Shown in pieces: positions 27,983 through 38,120 of a stretch of 64,000 nucleotides of DNA (the first letter of the stretch is position 1; every line of letters starts with the position of its first letter). The notes under the pieces are model-generated. The model was not told the DNA's origin. It did no database searches and saw only the letters and a program-made list of their open reading frames with translations. This DNA is from a bacterium. GTDB lineage: Bacteria; Patescibacteriota; Minisyncoccia; Phycocordibacterales; CALRBL01. The stretch lies in NCBI GenBank assembly GCA_027487075.1, contig JAIYEG010000002.1, positions 79,202 to 143,201 on the forward strand, written 5' to 3'. The position numbers were made by a program, and so were the translations under genes.

Positions 27983-28846
27983 TTGTCAATGAATAACAAA
28001 GACTACTACAACATACTCGGCGTCCAAAAGAACGCGTCTCAAGACGAGATCAAGAAGGCGTTCCGCAAGCTCGCGCACGAACATCACCCCGACAAAAAGG
28101 GTGGTGATGATGCGAAGTTCAAAGAAGTGAGCGAGGCATACAGTGTCCTCAGCGATGAGAAGAAGCGTGCGCAATACGATCAGTTCGGCTCAAACTTTGG
28201 AAATATGGGAGGTGCGGGTGGATTCAATCCGAACGACTTCGGCTTCGACTTCTCTGGATTCCAAGGCGGCTTCAATGGTCAAAATGTTGAGTTCGATCTT
28301 GGCGATATCTTTAGTACATTCTTCGGAGGAGGTCGCATGCGTCGTGGGAAGACCATCCGCGTTGATATAGACTTAAGCTTCAAAGAATCCATCTTTGGTA
28401 CCGAAAAAACCGTCCGTGCAGGTGGCAATTCAAGTGTGACCATCAAGATTCCTCCAGGGGTAGAACATGGTACCACCTTACGTGTTGCAGGCCGTGGCGA
28501 ACCTCTCGAGGGAGGGCAGCCGGGCGATCTCCATGTGCGCATTTATGTCACTCCAGACCCACGCTTCAAAAAGCAGGGAATGAATATTGTCACCGATGCA
28601 AAGATTGCGCTGTCGATGTCACTTCTTGGAGGAGAACTGCTCATTCCTACACTCGATGGCGATATGACGCTCAAGATCCCAGAACGCGTTTCAAACGGAG
28701 AAATACTTCGCATCAAAGGTAAGGGTGTACCTGATGAACGAGGACGACGAGGCGATTTGTATGTGCGTGTAGTGGTGGATGTATCAAAGAAACTTTCGAA
28801 GGATGCACGAAAGTTGGTGGAAGAGCTGAAGAAAGAGGGGTTCTAA
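27983..28846 (+). CDS. dnaJ: DnaJ-family co-chaperone (J domain plus G/F region, no zinc finger)
   Basis: DYYNILGV...HPDK J domain, a Gly/Phe-rich linker and C-terminal client-binding domains. No CxxCxGxG repeats. Confidence 0.85.
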   Translation: MSMNNKDYYNILGVQKNASQDEIKKAFRKLAHEHHPDKKGGDDAKFKEVSEAYSVLSDEKKRAQYDQFGSNFGNMGGAGGFNPNDFGFDFSGFQGGFNGQNVEFDLGDIFSTFFGGGRMRRGKTIRVDIDLSFKESIFGTEKTVRAGGNSSVTIKIPPGVEHGTTLRVAGRGEPLEGGQPGDLHVRIYVTPDPRFKKQGMNIVTDAKIALSMSLLGGELLIPTLDGDMTLKIPERVSNGEILRIKGKGVPDERGRRGDLYVRVVVDVSKKLSKDARKLVEELKKEGF

Positions 28847-28905
28847 TATAAAAACCGCCCCGCCACGTGTGTGGAGGGGACGGTGATTGATGTGCGTTCG
28901 GCGTC

Positions 28906-29139
28906 TTACGACTTCTTTTGCTCGCTTTTCGTCTTGATGAACAGGTTCAAGACAGTGCCAATGAATGCGAGCCACAGAATACACCCGATGAAGGGATAAA
29001 AAGGGTCGGTATGGAATCCGGTCCAGTGGTATCCTGTCTTTTGGCTAACGTAAGCCTCGATTGAGGGGAACGCATAGAAGAAGCCGAACAGTCCGTTGGT
29101 GACTGCGAAGGCGATAACTATAATCTTAAGGACGAGCAT
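28906..29139 (-). CDS. Small membrane protein (about 78 aa, 2 TM)
   Basis: The internal ATG at 29139 has GGAGAT 7 nt upstream. MLVLKIIVIAFAVTNGLFGFFYAF...FIGCILWLAFIGTVLNLFI. A T-run-backed hairpin lies downstream. The ORF-track start at 29316 is likely over-extended. Confidence 0.45.
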   Translation of the reverse strand: MLVLKIIVIAFAVTNGLFGFFYAFPSIEAYVSQKTGYHWTGFHTDPFYPFIGCILWLAFIGTVLNLFIKTKSEQKKS

Positions 29140-29354
29140 GATGTGGTGATCTCCTGGTATGTAATTTACATGCGTAGGTGCGCATGGGTTCGGTAAGACC
29201 ATAGCATATTTTAAGTAGACAGGCACCTTTTGTCCCATAGGGAGACTCGCGGAGCGCGACGGCGCGAGCGTGAAGAATTTTATACCAATAAAATATCTGT
29301 GCTCCCGAAGGGACAAAAGGTGCCTGTCCCCATTTAATTTGATATGGTGTCAGC

Positions 29355-30041
29355 ATGCCTCAGACAGATGCGTGGGAGCGAGAGTATCGCAATCCAAAAC
29401 TCGTCACCAAAAAAGCCGAGCCACAGAACGATGTAAAACGTTTTTTGAAGTGGCTCAAAAAAGAGCAGGGTGTTGCACTCGAACATTTACACGTTCTTGA
29501 TCTTGGGTGTGGTACCGGTCGCAATGCAAACTATCTTGCGGAACTAGGATGCATAGTCACCGGCTTTGAAATATCTTCAACCGCACTTCGCATTGCACAA
29601 GAGCGTGCCACTGAACTCGGAGTAAGCCCTTCCTACCATCTCCGTAGTATCGGCGCTCCATACCAACTCTCCGATGACAGTATTGATCTCGCTCTTGATG
29701 TCACCTCTTCGAATTCTCTGAACGAGCACGAGCGATCAGTATATCTCACTGAGACAGCACGTGTACTTAAAACAGGAGGATATATATTTGTGCGCGCACT
29801 GTGCAAAGAAGGGGATGCGAATGTCAAAGAATTACTAAAACGGAACCCCGGATCAGAATATGATACCTATGTGAATACTCAAATGGGGCTCACTGAACGC
29901 GTCTTTAGTCGAGAAGATTTTGTTGCAACTTATTCACCACTGTTTTCTATCGAGCATCTCGAAAAGAAAAGCGGGTATGCACACTTTAATGGTCGCATCT
30001 ATAAGCGTAACTATTGGCTCGCGTATCTAAAAAAGATATAA
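29355..30041 (+). CDS. Class I SAM-dependent methyltransferase
   Basis: VLDLGCGTGRNANYL (motif I) and post-I EISSTALRIA. Confidence 0.8.
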   Translation: MPQTDAWEREYRNPKLVTKKAEPQNDVKRFLKWLKKEQGVALEHLHVLDLGCGTGRNANYLAELGCIVTGFEISSTALRIAQERATELGVSPSYHLRSIGAPYQLSDDSIDLALDVTSSNSLNEHERSVYLTETARVLKTGGYIFVRALCKEGDANVKELLKRNPGSEYDTYVNTQMGLTERVFSREDFVATYSPLFSIEHLEKKSGYAHFNGRIYKRNYWLAYLKKI

Positions 30042-30048
30042 TCTACCT

Positions 30049-30420
30049 ATGCACATTTTGTTATCGTTGATTCTTTCGTTTTATCCCGCACTCTTCGTCT
30101 ATCAATCACTGCCACTTGCGTGGGCAAAACAACTCGACATTCTAACACTCAAGTTTCTCGCGTTTGCTCTTATTTTTGCTTGCACATATCTTGTGATGAA
30201 AAAGTTTGTCTCGCTCGGGTACCACATTCCGCGATCAGGCATCCTTCGTGGTGTGCTTCTCACGGTGTTTACCGTCGTCCTTGCTCTCATTAGTTTCTAT
30301 GTATTCCTCCCAGGCGAAACCGTCTACGCATCACCAAAAATTCTCGATAGCTATGTTCTCAAAAATCCTTACATGTTCTTGTGGCTTATTGCGCCTTTTG
30401 TGTATTTGTTTTTTGAGTAG
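30049..30420 (+). CDS. Membrane protein (about 4 TM), hypothetical
   Basis: Hydrophobic throughout. Tightly packed between the methyltransferase and the ALDH-like gene. Confidence 0.5.
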   Translation: MHILLSLILSFYPALFVYQSLPLAWAKQLDILTLKFLAFALIFACTYLVMKKFVSLGYHIPRSGILRGVLLTVFTVVLALISFYVFLPGETVYASPKILDSYVLKNPYMFLWLIAPFVYLFFE

Positions 30421-30433
30421 TAATTAAAACTAT

Positions 30434-32197
30434 ATGAATTTACAACCATACTCAGCAATAAGTTTTGATGATTGCAATAAGTTAGCGCTTACACTTGCCA
30501 ACCTTATTATTTCACAAAGAACTGAACTTGTTACTTTACTTACAACATATGAAAGTCACGAGGTGGCTGAAGACGAAATTAGCAGATCATTGGATCTTTT
30601 ACAGAATCTTCATGAAAACAAGGAATATTTCAAATTTCGCGTAGGACAAATTGCCGCATTTCTTCCACGAAACCAACCTTTATATGCGTTTAGCTGTTTT
30701 GTAATTGTGCCAGCACTTCAGGCAAGTGAGGTGCATTTTCGTATTCCACATCCCATGAAGGGATTTTTCCCACAGCTTATGAAAATGTTGCGTATTGAGG
30801 AGTTGTTCCCTCATGTAAAACCATCACCAAAGGAGCGCATGGATTTCCTCAAGGAACGAACCTCATTGTATGTTCATAAAGAAACGGGTGAGACAAAACC
30901 TATCACGGACGCAGTTATTTTTACAGGAACTCCTGCACATGCCGACCAGCTACGTCTTGTGTTCGACAAGCGAACACTTTTCATTACAAACGGTGCTGGA
31001 CACAATCCAATTGTTATCGCAGAGGGAGCAGACATAAAAGAAGCCGTTCAAGCAGCTACCACCCTTATTTTATACAACCAAGGACAAGACTGTGCGGCAC
31101 CAAACTCTATTTTGGTTCACAAAAATGTGTACGAATGCTTTTTAAAACATCTCACTAAAACTCTTAGAAACGTGAAGATTGGTCCTTATCATGACCACAC
31201 TTCACAAGTTGGCCCTATTAGCGACAGTGATGACCTCGTAAGAATCCAAGAAATATTGGTCACACATCGTGAATGGATTCATGAGAGTACAAGAGGAGTA
31301 ATTCGCACCAAAGATTCGATTGTTGAACCAACCATCATTTGTAAACCACTTTCTGAGGGAGGAAATTATGACGAATCATTCGCTCCAATCTTCTTTGTAC
31401 AGCGATATGAAGAGGACGAAGATCTTGCTCAGTATTTTGAAAACAAGCGCTACGCCCAGCACGCTATGTACGTAACACTCTACGGAGAAAGTCCTTACAC
31501 TGAAAGCCTTGTCGACAAAAAATATGATGGACGTATCCTTCATAGTGAATCAACCTTCGTTAAAAACACCCATCTTCATGCTTACGGAATCGAACGAGGA
31601 GTGCAGCCATACGGAGGTTTCGGCTACGGCGCATCAAGCATCAGTATTAGTGGAAAAGTAATTGCGATCCCTACACTTCCACAGCGTGATATTTATGAAT
31701 GGGTTGCAGAGCCATACATCAGTGATAAAAATCTCCTCAAGAATCAAACTGAAAATCTTGAAATCAGAAACAAGCATATTGATAAGCTACTCAAATTCAA
31801 AACAGAGGTTCTTGATAAAAAGGATGTTCCTCTATATGCAGGTAAAACATTTTTTGACACAGCATCTCTCAAGGATGTAAAAGATAGGCGCTTTATCAAG
31901 GTAGAAGATAGATATATTCACCATCTTAATCAAACACCACATGTTGAGTTTATTGCCACACTCACTCCGATAGATATTGCAGACATTCGAAAACTTCTTG
32001 AACTTCTCAAAGAAAAGCACCAACATCCACTTGAAACATTCACTACTAAGCTCTACGCTGTTCCTCCAAAGGAAAAACAGCTTATATTCTTCCAAACACT
32101 CTACCATCTGCTGTTTAGTAAAAACTCAGGCCCAAAACTCGGTCACTTCCTGTGGGAAATTGATAACGATAGCATCTGGCACCTTTTGGATATATAA
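30434..32197 (+). CDS. Divergent aldehyde dehydrogenase-superfamily protein with a C-terminal extension of about 170 aa
   Basis: ILYNQGQDCAAPNSILVHKNVY resembles the ALDH catalytic Cys loop (FxNxGQxCxA). FAPIFFV resembles EIFGPV. GFGYGASSISISG resembles the GG...SG motif. AT-rich. Confidence 0.5.
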   Translation: MNLQPYSAISFDDCNKLALTLANLIISQRTELVTLLTTYESHEVAEDEISRSLDLLQNLHENKEYFKFRVGQIAAFLPRNQPLYAFSCFVIVPALQASEVHFRIPHPMKGFFPQLMKMLRIEELFPHVKPSPKERMDFLKERTSLYVHKETGETKPITDAVIFTGTPAHADQLRLVFDKRTLFITNGAGHNPIVIAEGADIKEAVQAATTLILYNQGQDCAAPNSILVHKNVYECFLKHLTKTLRNVKIGPYHDHTSQVGPISDSDDLVRIQEILVTHREWIHESTRGVIRTKDSIVEPTIICKPLSEGGNYDESFAPIFFVQRYEEDEDLAQYFENKRYAQHAMYVTLYGESPYTESLVDKKYDGRILHSESTFVKNTHLHAYGIERGVQPYGGFGYGASSISISGKVIAIPTLPQRDIYEWVAEPYISDKNLLKNQTENLEIRNKHIDKLLKFKTEVLDKKDVPLYAGKTFFDTASLKDVKDRRFIKVEDRYIHHLNQTPHVEFIATLTPIDIADIRKLLELLKEKHQHPLETFTTKLYAVPPKEKQLIFFQTLYHLLFSKNSGPKLGHFLWEIDNDSIWHLLDI

Positions 32198-32208
32198 TTA
32201 CAACAATA

Positions 32209-33681
32209 ATGAGTAAACTTTTTAGACTTCTAAAAAATAGTAAAGGTCCAGTACTTCTTGGAATCACCATTGTGCTTGCAACCATTTTTGTAATTCTTTT
32301 TTCTTCTCGACTTCTCTATATACGTACGGTCGATCTTCTCACGGTGAATCTTCGAGAACGTATTCAGGCAATCTCTACAACTGCAGCAGCAACACTCAGT
32401 TATCAGGACATTGAAGCCCTACACAAAGAAGAGGATTGGTTGAAGCCTGAGTGGGCATATGTGGTTAACAAGCTCCATAGAATAAAGTATACAAATAAGG
32501 ATATTGTATTCATGTATATCTTTAGAAAAAATGCACAAGACCCAACAAAGATGGAATTTGTGGCTGATGCCGACTCAATTGATCCCTACGCAAACAGTGG
32601 TAGTGATATTTCAAAATATGTTGATGTAAATCGTGATGGAAAGGTTGAACCAGAAGGCCCAGATAAGCTCCAGTGGCCAGGACAACCGTATCCAGAGGCT
32701 GCAGATATTCCTGAAACATTCATAGCGTATGAGCGCCCCATTACCAGCAAAGACATTTACTCAGATGAATATGGTTCAGTTATTACTGGATATAGTCCTA
32801 TAAAAAATGATAACGGAGAAACCGTTGCTGTTCTTGCGGTAGACATGAAAGCTGACGACTTTCTAAAAATAACCACACAAACTCTTCAACCCTTCGTTAT
32901 TTTTATTGTATTTCTTACACTCACCATCTCTATTCTTACCATTATTCTTATGTTCTCTTGGCGAAGGTATGCTCATTTTCTTGAAGAGTCAAATAAAGAA
33001 AAGTCAGAATTTATCTCATTTGCTTCTCATCAAATTCGAACACCACTTACTTCTATCAGAGGCTTTTCATCCAACCTTCTTGAAGGAGATTATGGGAGTC
33101 TTCCACCACAAGTGCGTGAAATTATACTTAAAATACTGGTGAGATCGCAGGAAGTCGTTTCCCTCATCGGACAATACCTCGATAAGTCAAAAATGGAGCT
33201 CGGGCAGCTTGATTATGATTTTAAACCATTCGATATTACGAGTCTCACACAACAAATCGTAAACGAGTTTACTCCGGCAGCCCAGCAACAAGGAATTGAA
33301 TTGCGTTTTGATCAATCTAAAACACCAGATTGTGTCGTAAAAGGAGATCAAGGTAAAATCAAAGAACTTCTCAGCAACTTACTCGACAACTCTATTAAGT
33401 ATACGCCGAGCGGATATGTCGAGGTTACAATAGAAAAAAAGGATCAAAAAGCACTCGTATATATCAAAGACACAGGGGTAGGAATGAGCACTGATACCAT
33501 CAAGGGTCTTTTCCAAAAGTTTGGACGAGGTAAGGATGCAGCAAAGACGAATATTCTCGGAACAGGACTCGGACTCTATCTCGCACAAATATTCGCTGTT
33601 GCACATAAGGGTAAAGTTATAGCCCAGTCAGAAGGTGAGGGTAAAGGCTCAACATTCATTACCGAACTTCCTCTTGCATAG
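32209..33681 (+). CDS. Sensor histidine kinase (TM - extracytoplasmic domain - TM - HisKA - HATPase_c)
   Basis: H-box FISFASHQIRTPLTSIRGF, N-box LLDNSIKYT, G-boxes DTGVGM and GTGLGL. No response regulator is adjacent. Confidence 0.85.
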   Translation: MSKLFRLLKNSKGPVLLGITIVLATIFVILFSSRLLYIRTVDLLTVNLRERIQAISTTAAATLSYQDIEALHKEEDWLKPEWAYVVNKLHRIKYTNKDIVFMYIFRKNAQDPTKMEFVADADSIDPYANSGSDISKYVDVNRDGKVEPEGPDKLQWPGQPYPEAADIPETFIAYERPITSKDIYSDEYGSVITGYSPIKNDNGETVAVLAVDMKADDFLKITTQTLQPFVIFIVFLTLTISILTIILMFSWRRYAHFLEESNKEKSEFISFASHQIRTPLTSIRGFSSNLLEGDYGSLPPQVREIILKILVRSQEVVSLIGQYLDKSKMELGQLDYDFKPFDITSLTQQIVNEFTPAAQQQGIELRFDQSKTPDCVVKGDQGKIKELLSNLLDNSIKYTPSGYVEVTIEKKDQKALVYIKDTGVGMSTDTIKGLFQKFGRGKDAAKTNILGTGLGLYLAQIFAVAHKGKVIAQSEGEGKGSTFITELPLA

Positions 33682-33682
33682 G

Positions 33683-33716
33683 AAAAGCGGCAGTCGAGTG
33701 AACGACTGCCGCTTAA
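33683..33716. terminator. Bidirectional terminator (12-bp stem)
   Basis: AAGCGGCAGTCG-agtgaa-CGACTGCCGCTT. Confidence 0.65.
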
Positions 33717-33732
33717 GCGATGACTCTTCCCG

Positions 33733-34083
33733 TTACTTGATGTGAAGCATCACCACTGACGCAATTCCCATACACAGTCCAATCAGTTGAGTACCGGACA
33801 TATTTTGGTAATCGCGCTGGAAGATGATTCCAACCAAGACAGTGCCGATGATCAGCATCCCGTCAATCTTTCCTGAGGCAGTAGACAGTCCACCACCTTG
33901 TTGGGTCACCACGCCGAACGTGATGAACACCAAAGGAGAGACAACGAGGAGTGCGAAAAGCCAGGCATTGTACCAGCCGTGCTCATTCACATTCGACGCC
34001 CATCGTTGACCGATGAGGTTGCCGAAAATGGCAAAAGCGACCGCAGCGAGGGTTGAGATCCAGGAGACGAGAGTTGTATTCAT
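33733..34083 (-). CDS. Small 4-TM membrane protein (SMR/DMT-like)
   Basis: 116 aa, four hydrophobic helices. Family not established. Confidence 0.45.
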   Translation of the reverse strand: MNTTLVSWISTLAAVAFAIFGNLIGQRWASNVNEHGWYNAWLFALLVVSPLVFITFGVVTQQGGGLSTASGKIDGMLIIGTVLVGIIFQRDYQNMSGTQLIGLCMGIASVVMLHIK

Positions 34084-34170
34084 GAGCTATTTCAATAAAA
34101 CTATAGTACAAAATATTTGACATGTCAAACAGGTGTGGAGCTCGACGAAAAGAAATGCTAGTATAGCTTC

Positions 34171-35397
34171 ATGTTAGACACACTATTCAACCGCATTTCA
34201 GCCGACTGGCGAGGCATGCCTCCAGAAGAATTGTTGGGATATATTCGACCAAAGTGTCAGGAAATTTTGCCTTTAGAGCAACTCAAAACCCTCCTTGCAT
34301 CAGGTGCAAAACTCAAAATCAAGCTCGGCGTCGACGCCACAGGATCAGATCTCCATATTGGCCACATCGTGCCACTCATGCTCCTTCGCCAATTCCAGAA
34401 AGCAGGGCACCACATCGACTTCATCATCGGTGACTTCACCGCAACCATTGGCGATCCATCTGGCCGTGAAAGCGAACGCAAGGCACTCACCGCATCTGAA
34501 GTGAAGAAGAATGCAAAAGGCTTCACCGCACAGATCAAGCCATACCTCGACACGCGCAAAGCAAACGTGCACTTCAATTCAAAGTGGCTCTCGAAGATGA
34601 AGATGTCTGACATGATTAGCTACCTCCAACATGTGAGCATGTCATCAGCAACGCAGCGAGAAGACTTCCGCAAGCGCTTGACTGCGGGAAATTCGGTGAG
34701 TCTCGCCGAGACAATCTACGGCTTTCTCATGGGGCTTGATTCGCTCCACCTCAAGAGCAACATCGAAGTCGGCGCTATCGACCAACTCATCAACTTTCAG
34801 CAGTGCCGAGAGCTCATGTCATCACAGGGTATAACTCCTGAAACCGTACTCTGCGTAGCACTCATCGAGGGAACAGATGGTTCGGGAAGAAAGATGTCAA
34901 AGTCGGTCGGCAACACTATCAATCTGAATGCATCATTCGAAGACAAGTTCGGCAAAGTCATGAGCATTCCCGACAAGCTCATCTTGCCGTGGTATATCGC
35001 ATTCACCGACGTGCACGAGAATGAGATCGAACTCTTGAAGAAAGCTATTGAAGCAGATCCGCTCGAGATGAAGAAGCAGCTCGGCATGCTTCTCATTGCA
35101 CTTGAAACGAAGAGCCTGAAAGAAGGACAAATAGAGCGAGAGAAGTTCGAGCGAAAGTTCACGAAGAAAGAGCTGAGCGATGATGACTTTGTGGAAGTGA
35201 AAGCTGAAGCGCACCACACCCTTTTTGACGCACTCGTTCCACACTTTGAAAGCAAGAGTGAACTCCGACGACTGTTTGAACAAGGAGCAGTGAAGCATGC
35301 TGATACTGAGCATGTGCTTACGATAGATTCAACGATTCAGAACAATATGAAGGTGAGGGTGGGGAAGAGGGGGTTTTTTAGGATAATTAACTACTAA
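34171..35397 (+). CDS. tyrS: Tyrosyl-tRNA synthetase
   Basis: HIGH as DLHIGHIV, IGDFTATIGDPSGRESER, KMSKSVGN and a C-terminal S4-like domain. Confidence 0.9.
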   Translation: MLDTLFNRISADWRGMPPEELLGYIRPKCQEILPLEQLKTLLASGAKLKIKLGVDATGSDLHIGHIVPLMLLRQFQKAGHHIDFIIGDFTATIGDPSGRESERKALTASEVKKNAKGFTAQIKPYLDTRKANVHFNSKWLSKMKMSDMISYLQHVSMSSATQREDFRKRLTAGNSVSLAETIYGFLMGLDSLHLKSNIEVGAIDQLINFQQCRELMSSQGITPETVLCVALIEGTDGSGRKMSKSVGNTINLNASFEDKFGKVMSIPDKLILPWYIAFTDVHENEIELLKKAIEADPLEMKKQLGMLLIALETKSLKEGQIEREKFERKFTKKELSDDDFVEVKAEAHHTLFDALVPHFESKSELRRLFEQGAVKHADTEHVLTIDSTIQNNMKVRVGKRGFFRIINY

Positions 35398-36480
35398 ATG
35401 AAGCTTTTTTCTAAAAGAAACAAACCAATATCAAATCATGGATTTGCTTATAGACCGAATAGATTTCATGAAGTTAGCACTATTGGCAACAGATACAGAC
35501 TAGTTTCTAAAGAAACTAGGAATAGAATGGTTTCTGAAATAAAGTTCTTAACATCTAGTGATGATTTTCTAGAGTGGTTTATTTTATTTGAAAATGAAGA
35601 TAAAGGAAAAATTTTTTTTGATAAAAATAAAATTGATAAATTTTCATTATCTGAATTAGGTTACAAAATGTCTGATTTTTTCGATTTTGAAGATTTTGCA
35701 ATGTTAAAACAACGACAAAAACCTGATGATCCCGAAACAGAGTATTTAGACGATTACAAACTTTTTGATATAGCGGAAATTACAATACTATTTTCATTGG
35801 ATAATAAAAGAAGTGCAGTTATAGATAGATTCAATTCTATATTCATTGAAGAGGACACTGATTTTCAAATAATAGAACATCTTATCACCCGTAAATCTGG
35901 TGACAGTATAAAAACATTGCTAAATTTGTTAAAAGACGAAAATTTAAAAAAGAAATTAAAAATGTTTTTTGAATCGTACGATAACTACGATTTTATTAAT
36001 TCTGCTAAAACATCGGCTGATATTCTTAATATTATATTTTCGGATTATATAAAAAATGAGAAATCAAAAAAGATTTCTGAATTATGTAACAAATTAGCTG
36101 ATAAGATTGTAGTGTCAGATACCAAAGGAGATAAGAGAAAAAGATTCCTTGAGTACATGAACGATTTACTTAAGTTATCTAAAAACTTAAGTAATGATAT
36201 CTATGATGTTCGTCATACTGAAAAATCAACAATAATACTTTCTAATGAAAATATCTATAAGTTAATTTCGAATCAAAACATATCTTTAGTTGAGCTAGTA
36301 TTAACCACATTGAAAGATGACTATGTTCTTGGAGATAACTGGGAAAAAATTAAAGACGATTACATTACGAAATATAATATTAATAAATTATCAAGACAAG
36401 TAATTAAAAAGAGAGTTATTCCTACAATTTTAAAAAGCAACGTGGATGACGAGATCGATCCGGATGACATTCCATTTTAA
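35398..36480 (+). CDS. Hypothetical protein, extremely AT-rich, start-stop coupled to tyrS
   Basis: Its ATG directly abuts the tyrS TAA. 360 aa, Lys/Asp/Phe/Ile-rich, no motif recognised. Composition is sharply different from tyrS and ABC-F. Confidence 0.55.
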   Translation: MKLFSKRNKPISNHGFAYRPNRFHEVSTIGNRYRLVSKETRNRMVSEIKFLTSSDDFLEWFILFENEDKGKIFFDKNKIDKFSLSELGYKMSDFFDFEDFAMLKQRQKPDDPETEYLDDYKLFDIAEITILFSLDNKRSAVIDRFNSIFIEEDTDFQIIEHLITRKSGDSIKTLLNLLKDENLKKKLKMFFESYDNYDFINSAKTSADILNIIFSDYIKNEKSKKISELCNKLADKIVVSDTKGDKRKRFLEYMNDLLKLSKNLSNDIYDVRHTEKSTIILSNENIYKLISNQNISLVELVLTTLKDDYVLGDNWEKIKDDYITKYNINKLSRQVIKKRVIPTILKSNVDDEIDPDDIPF

Positions 36481-36523
36481 TTTTACAAGACAAAATCCCC
36501 AATTTGTGCTATAGTCTTTCTCT

Positions 36524-38017
36524 ATGTCAGGCCCCCACAACAACCGTCCTACCGTCATTCGGTTCGACAATACGAGCTTCGAATTCGGTCACAATCACCC
36601 CATCCTGAAGGAGGTCAATTTCAACGTGCGTGCGGGATCAAAGATCACTATCATGGGTCAAAACGGCGCCGGCAAAAGCACCATCTTCAAACTCATCGAG
36701 GGCATCTATCAACCCGAAGAAGGATTCATTCATATTCAGCAAGGCGCAACCATCGCTACGGCAAAGCAGGTCATACCTCGTGACGAGCTCGACCTTTCGG
36801 TCACTGCTTTTTTTGAAAAAGCCCTTGCACGCGTATCTGACAAGAAGATCTATGACATCGACCGTCGCATCGCAAAGGTGCTTGAGATCGTGAACCTCCA
36901 CATCGACCCCGCACTCTACGCAGAGCGCATCGTGCGTTCATTTTCTGGTGGTCAGCAAGCACGTCTTCTCTTGGCATCTGCCATCATCCAGGATCCTGAC
37001 ATTCTTCTGTTGGACGAGCCGACTAACAACCTCGACCATGCCGGCATCGAACATCTCAAGACCTTCATCAAGAACTACAAGAAAACTATTCTCGTTATTT
37101 CCCACGATGCAGAATTTTTGAATTCATTCACCGAAGGCGTGCTGTATCTTGATGTACACACACAGAAAGTGGAACAGTACACCGGAAACTATTACGACCT
37201 CCTCAAAGAGATCACTGCTCGTATCGAAAAGGAAAATCGCGCTAACGCACTTCGTGCAAAAGAAATCCAAGAGAACAAAGACAAGGCGAACTTCTTTGCC
37301 AACAAAGGAGGACAGATGCGCCTCGTCGCCAAGCGCATGCGCGAAAAAGCAGAAGAACTCGAAGAGGAGATGGTGGACGTGCGCAAGGAAGACAAGACAA
37401 TTCGCTCATTCAGTATTCCTTCGCAGCAGGAGTTTGTGGGACCATTGGTGACTATTGAGTCATATAGCATCATCAGCCCGAAGACCCACAAGCCCGTGAC
37501 ACGAAAGTGCGACATCAGCCTCAACAAGAAGCAGCACCTTCTTCTCAAGGGTCCGAACGGTATCGGCAAGAGCACACTCCTTGAGACGCTTGCTTCAGGC
37601 AAAGCAAAAGGTGTGACCATCACTGAAGGAGTGCGCGTCGGCTACTACCGACAGGATTTCTCAACACTCGACTTCGAGCACACCGTATACGAATCGCTGC
37701 GCGAAGCGAATGAAACGACAAGTGACGACAATTTTCGCAGCACGGCAGCAGGGTTCCTCATCGGAGGCGACATGATGAAAAAGAAAGTGGGCATGCTCTC
37801 TGAAGGACAGAAGGGGCTTGTGGCGTTTGCTCGCCTCGTACTCCAAAAGCCGGGACTTCTCATCTTGGACGAGCCGACCAACCACATCAACTTCCGCCAC
37901 ATTCCTGTGATTGCAAAAGCCCTCGATACATACGAAGGTGCCATGATCCTCGTGAGTCACGTACCAGAGTTCGTAGAGCAAATCCGCATTGATGAGACGT
38001 TGGATTTGGAGAAATAA
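36524..38017 (+). CDS. ABC-F family ATPase (tandem ABC domains, no TMD)
   Basis: Two Walker A motifs (GQNGAGKST, GPNGIGKST) and two signature/Walker B motifs (LSGGQQARL...LLLDEPTNNLD, LSEGQKGL...LILDEPTNHIN). Extended -10 tgcTATAGT upstream. Confidence 0.85.
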   Translation: MSGPHNNRPTVIRFDNTSFEFGHNHPILKEVNFNVRAGSKITIMGQNGAGKSTIFKLIEGIYQPEEGFIHIQQGATIATAKQVIPRDELDLSVTAFFEKALARVSDKKIYDIDRRIAKVLEIVNLHIDPALYAERIVRSFSGGQQARLLLASAIIQDPDILLLDEPTNNLDHAGIEHLKTFIKNYKKTILVISHDAEFLNSFTEGVLYLDVHTQKVEQYTGNYYDLLKEITARIEKENRANALRAKEIQENKDKANFFANKGGQMRLVAKRMREKAEELEEEMVDVRKEDKTIRSFSIPSQQEFVGPLVTIESYSIISPKTHKPVTRKCDISLNKKQHLLLKGPNGIGKSTLLETLASGKAKGVTITEGVRVGYYRQDFSTLDFEHTVYESLREANETTSDDNFRSTAAGFLIGGDMMKKKVGMLSEGQKGLVAFARLVLQKPGLLILDEPTNHINFRHIPVIAKALDTYEGAMILVSHVPEFVEQIRIDETLDLEK

Positions 38018-38037
38018 AATCTTTCTCAAATCGAGTC

Positions 38038-38065
38038 TTGACTTAACCCTTTTATTAACTACAAT
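38038..38065 (+). promoter_or_regulatory. Near-consensus sigma-70 promoter (TTGACT-16-TACAAT) firing into a terminator about 10 nt downstream
   Basis: ttgact taacccttttattaac tacaat at 38038-38065. No ORF follows before the terminator at 38092-38120. Confidence 0.45.
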
Positions 38066-38091
38066 GCAGGTACATTCGGCATTCGCCGCGA

Positions 38092-38120
38092 CCCCGCCCG
38101 CAAGGGCGGGGAATTTTATT
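38092..38120 (+). terminator. Intrinsic terminator (CCCCGCCC-gcaa-GGGCGGGG + aattttattt)
   Basis: Perfect 8-bp GC stem, GNRA loop and a T-run on the plus strand only. Overlaps the 3' end of the minus-strand toxin gene. Confidence 0.65.

Noticed and set aside
31662-32216. Small ORFs inside and antisense to the ALDH-like gene and the many other small ORFs nested in long genes (for example within leuS, dnaK, the ABC-F gene, asnB)
   Set aside because: They are nested within much longer ORFs that have clear conserved motifs. They are typical spurious frames.
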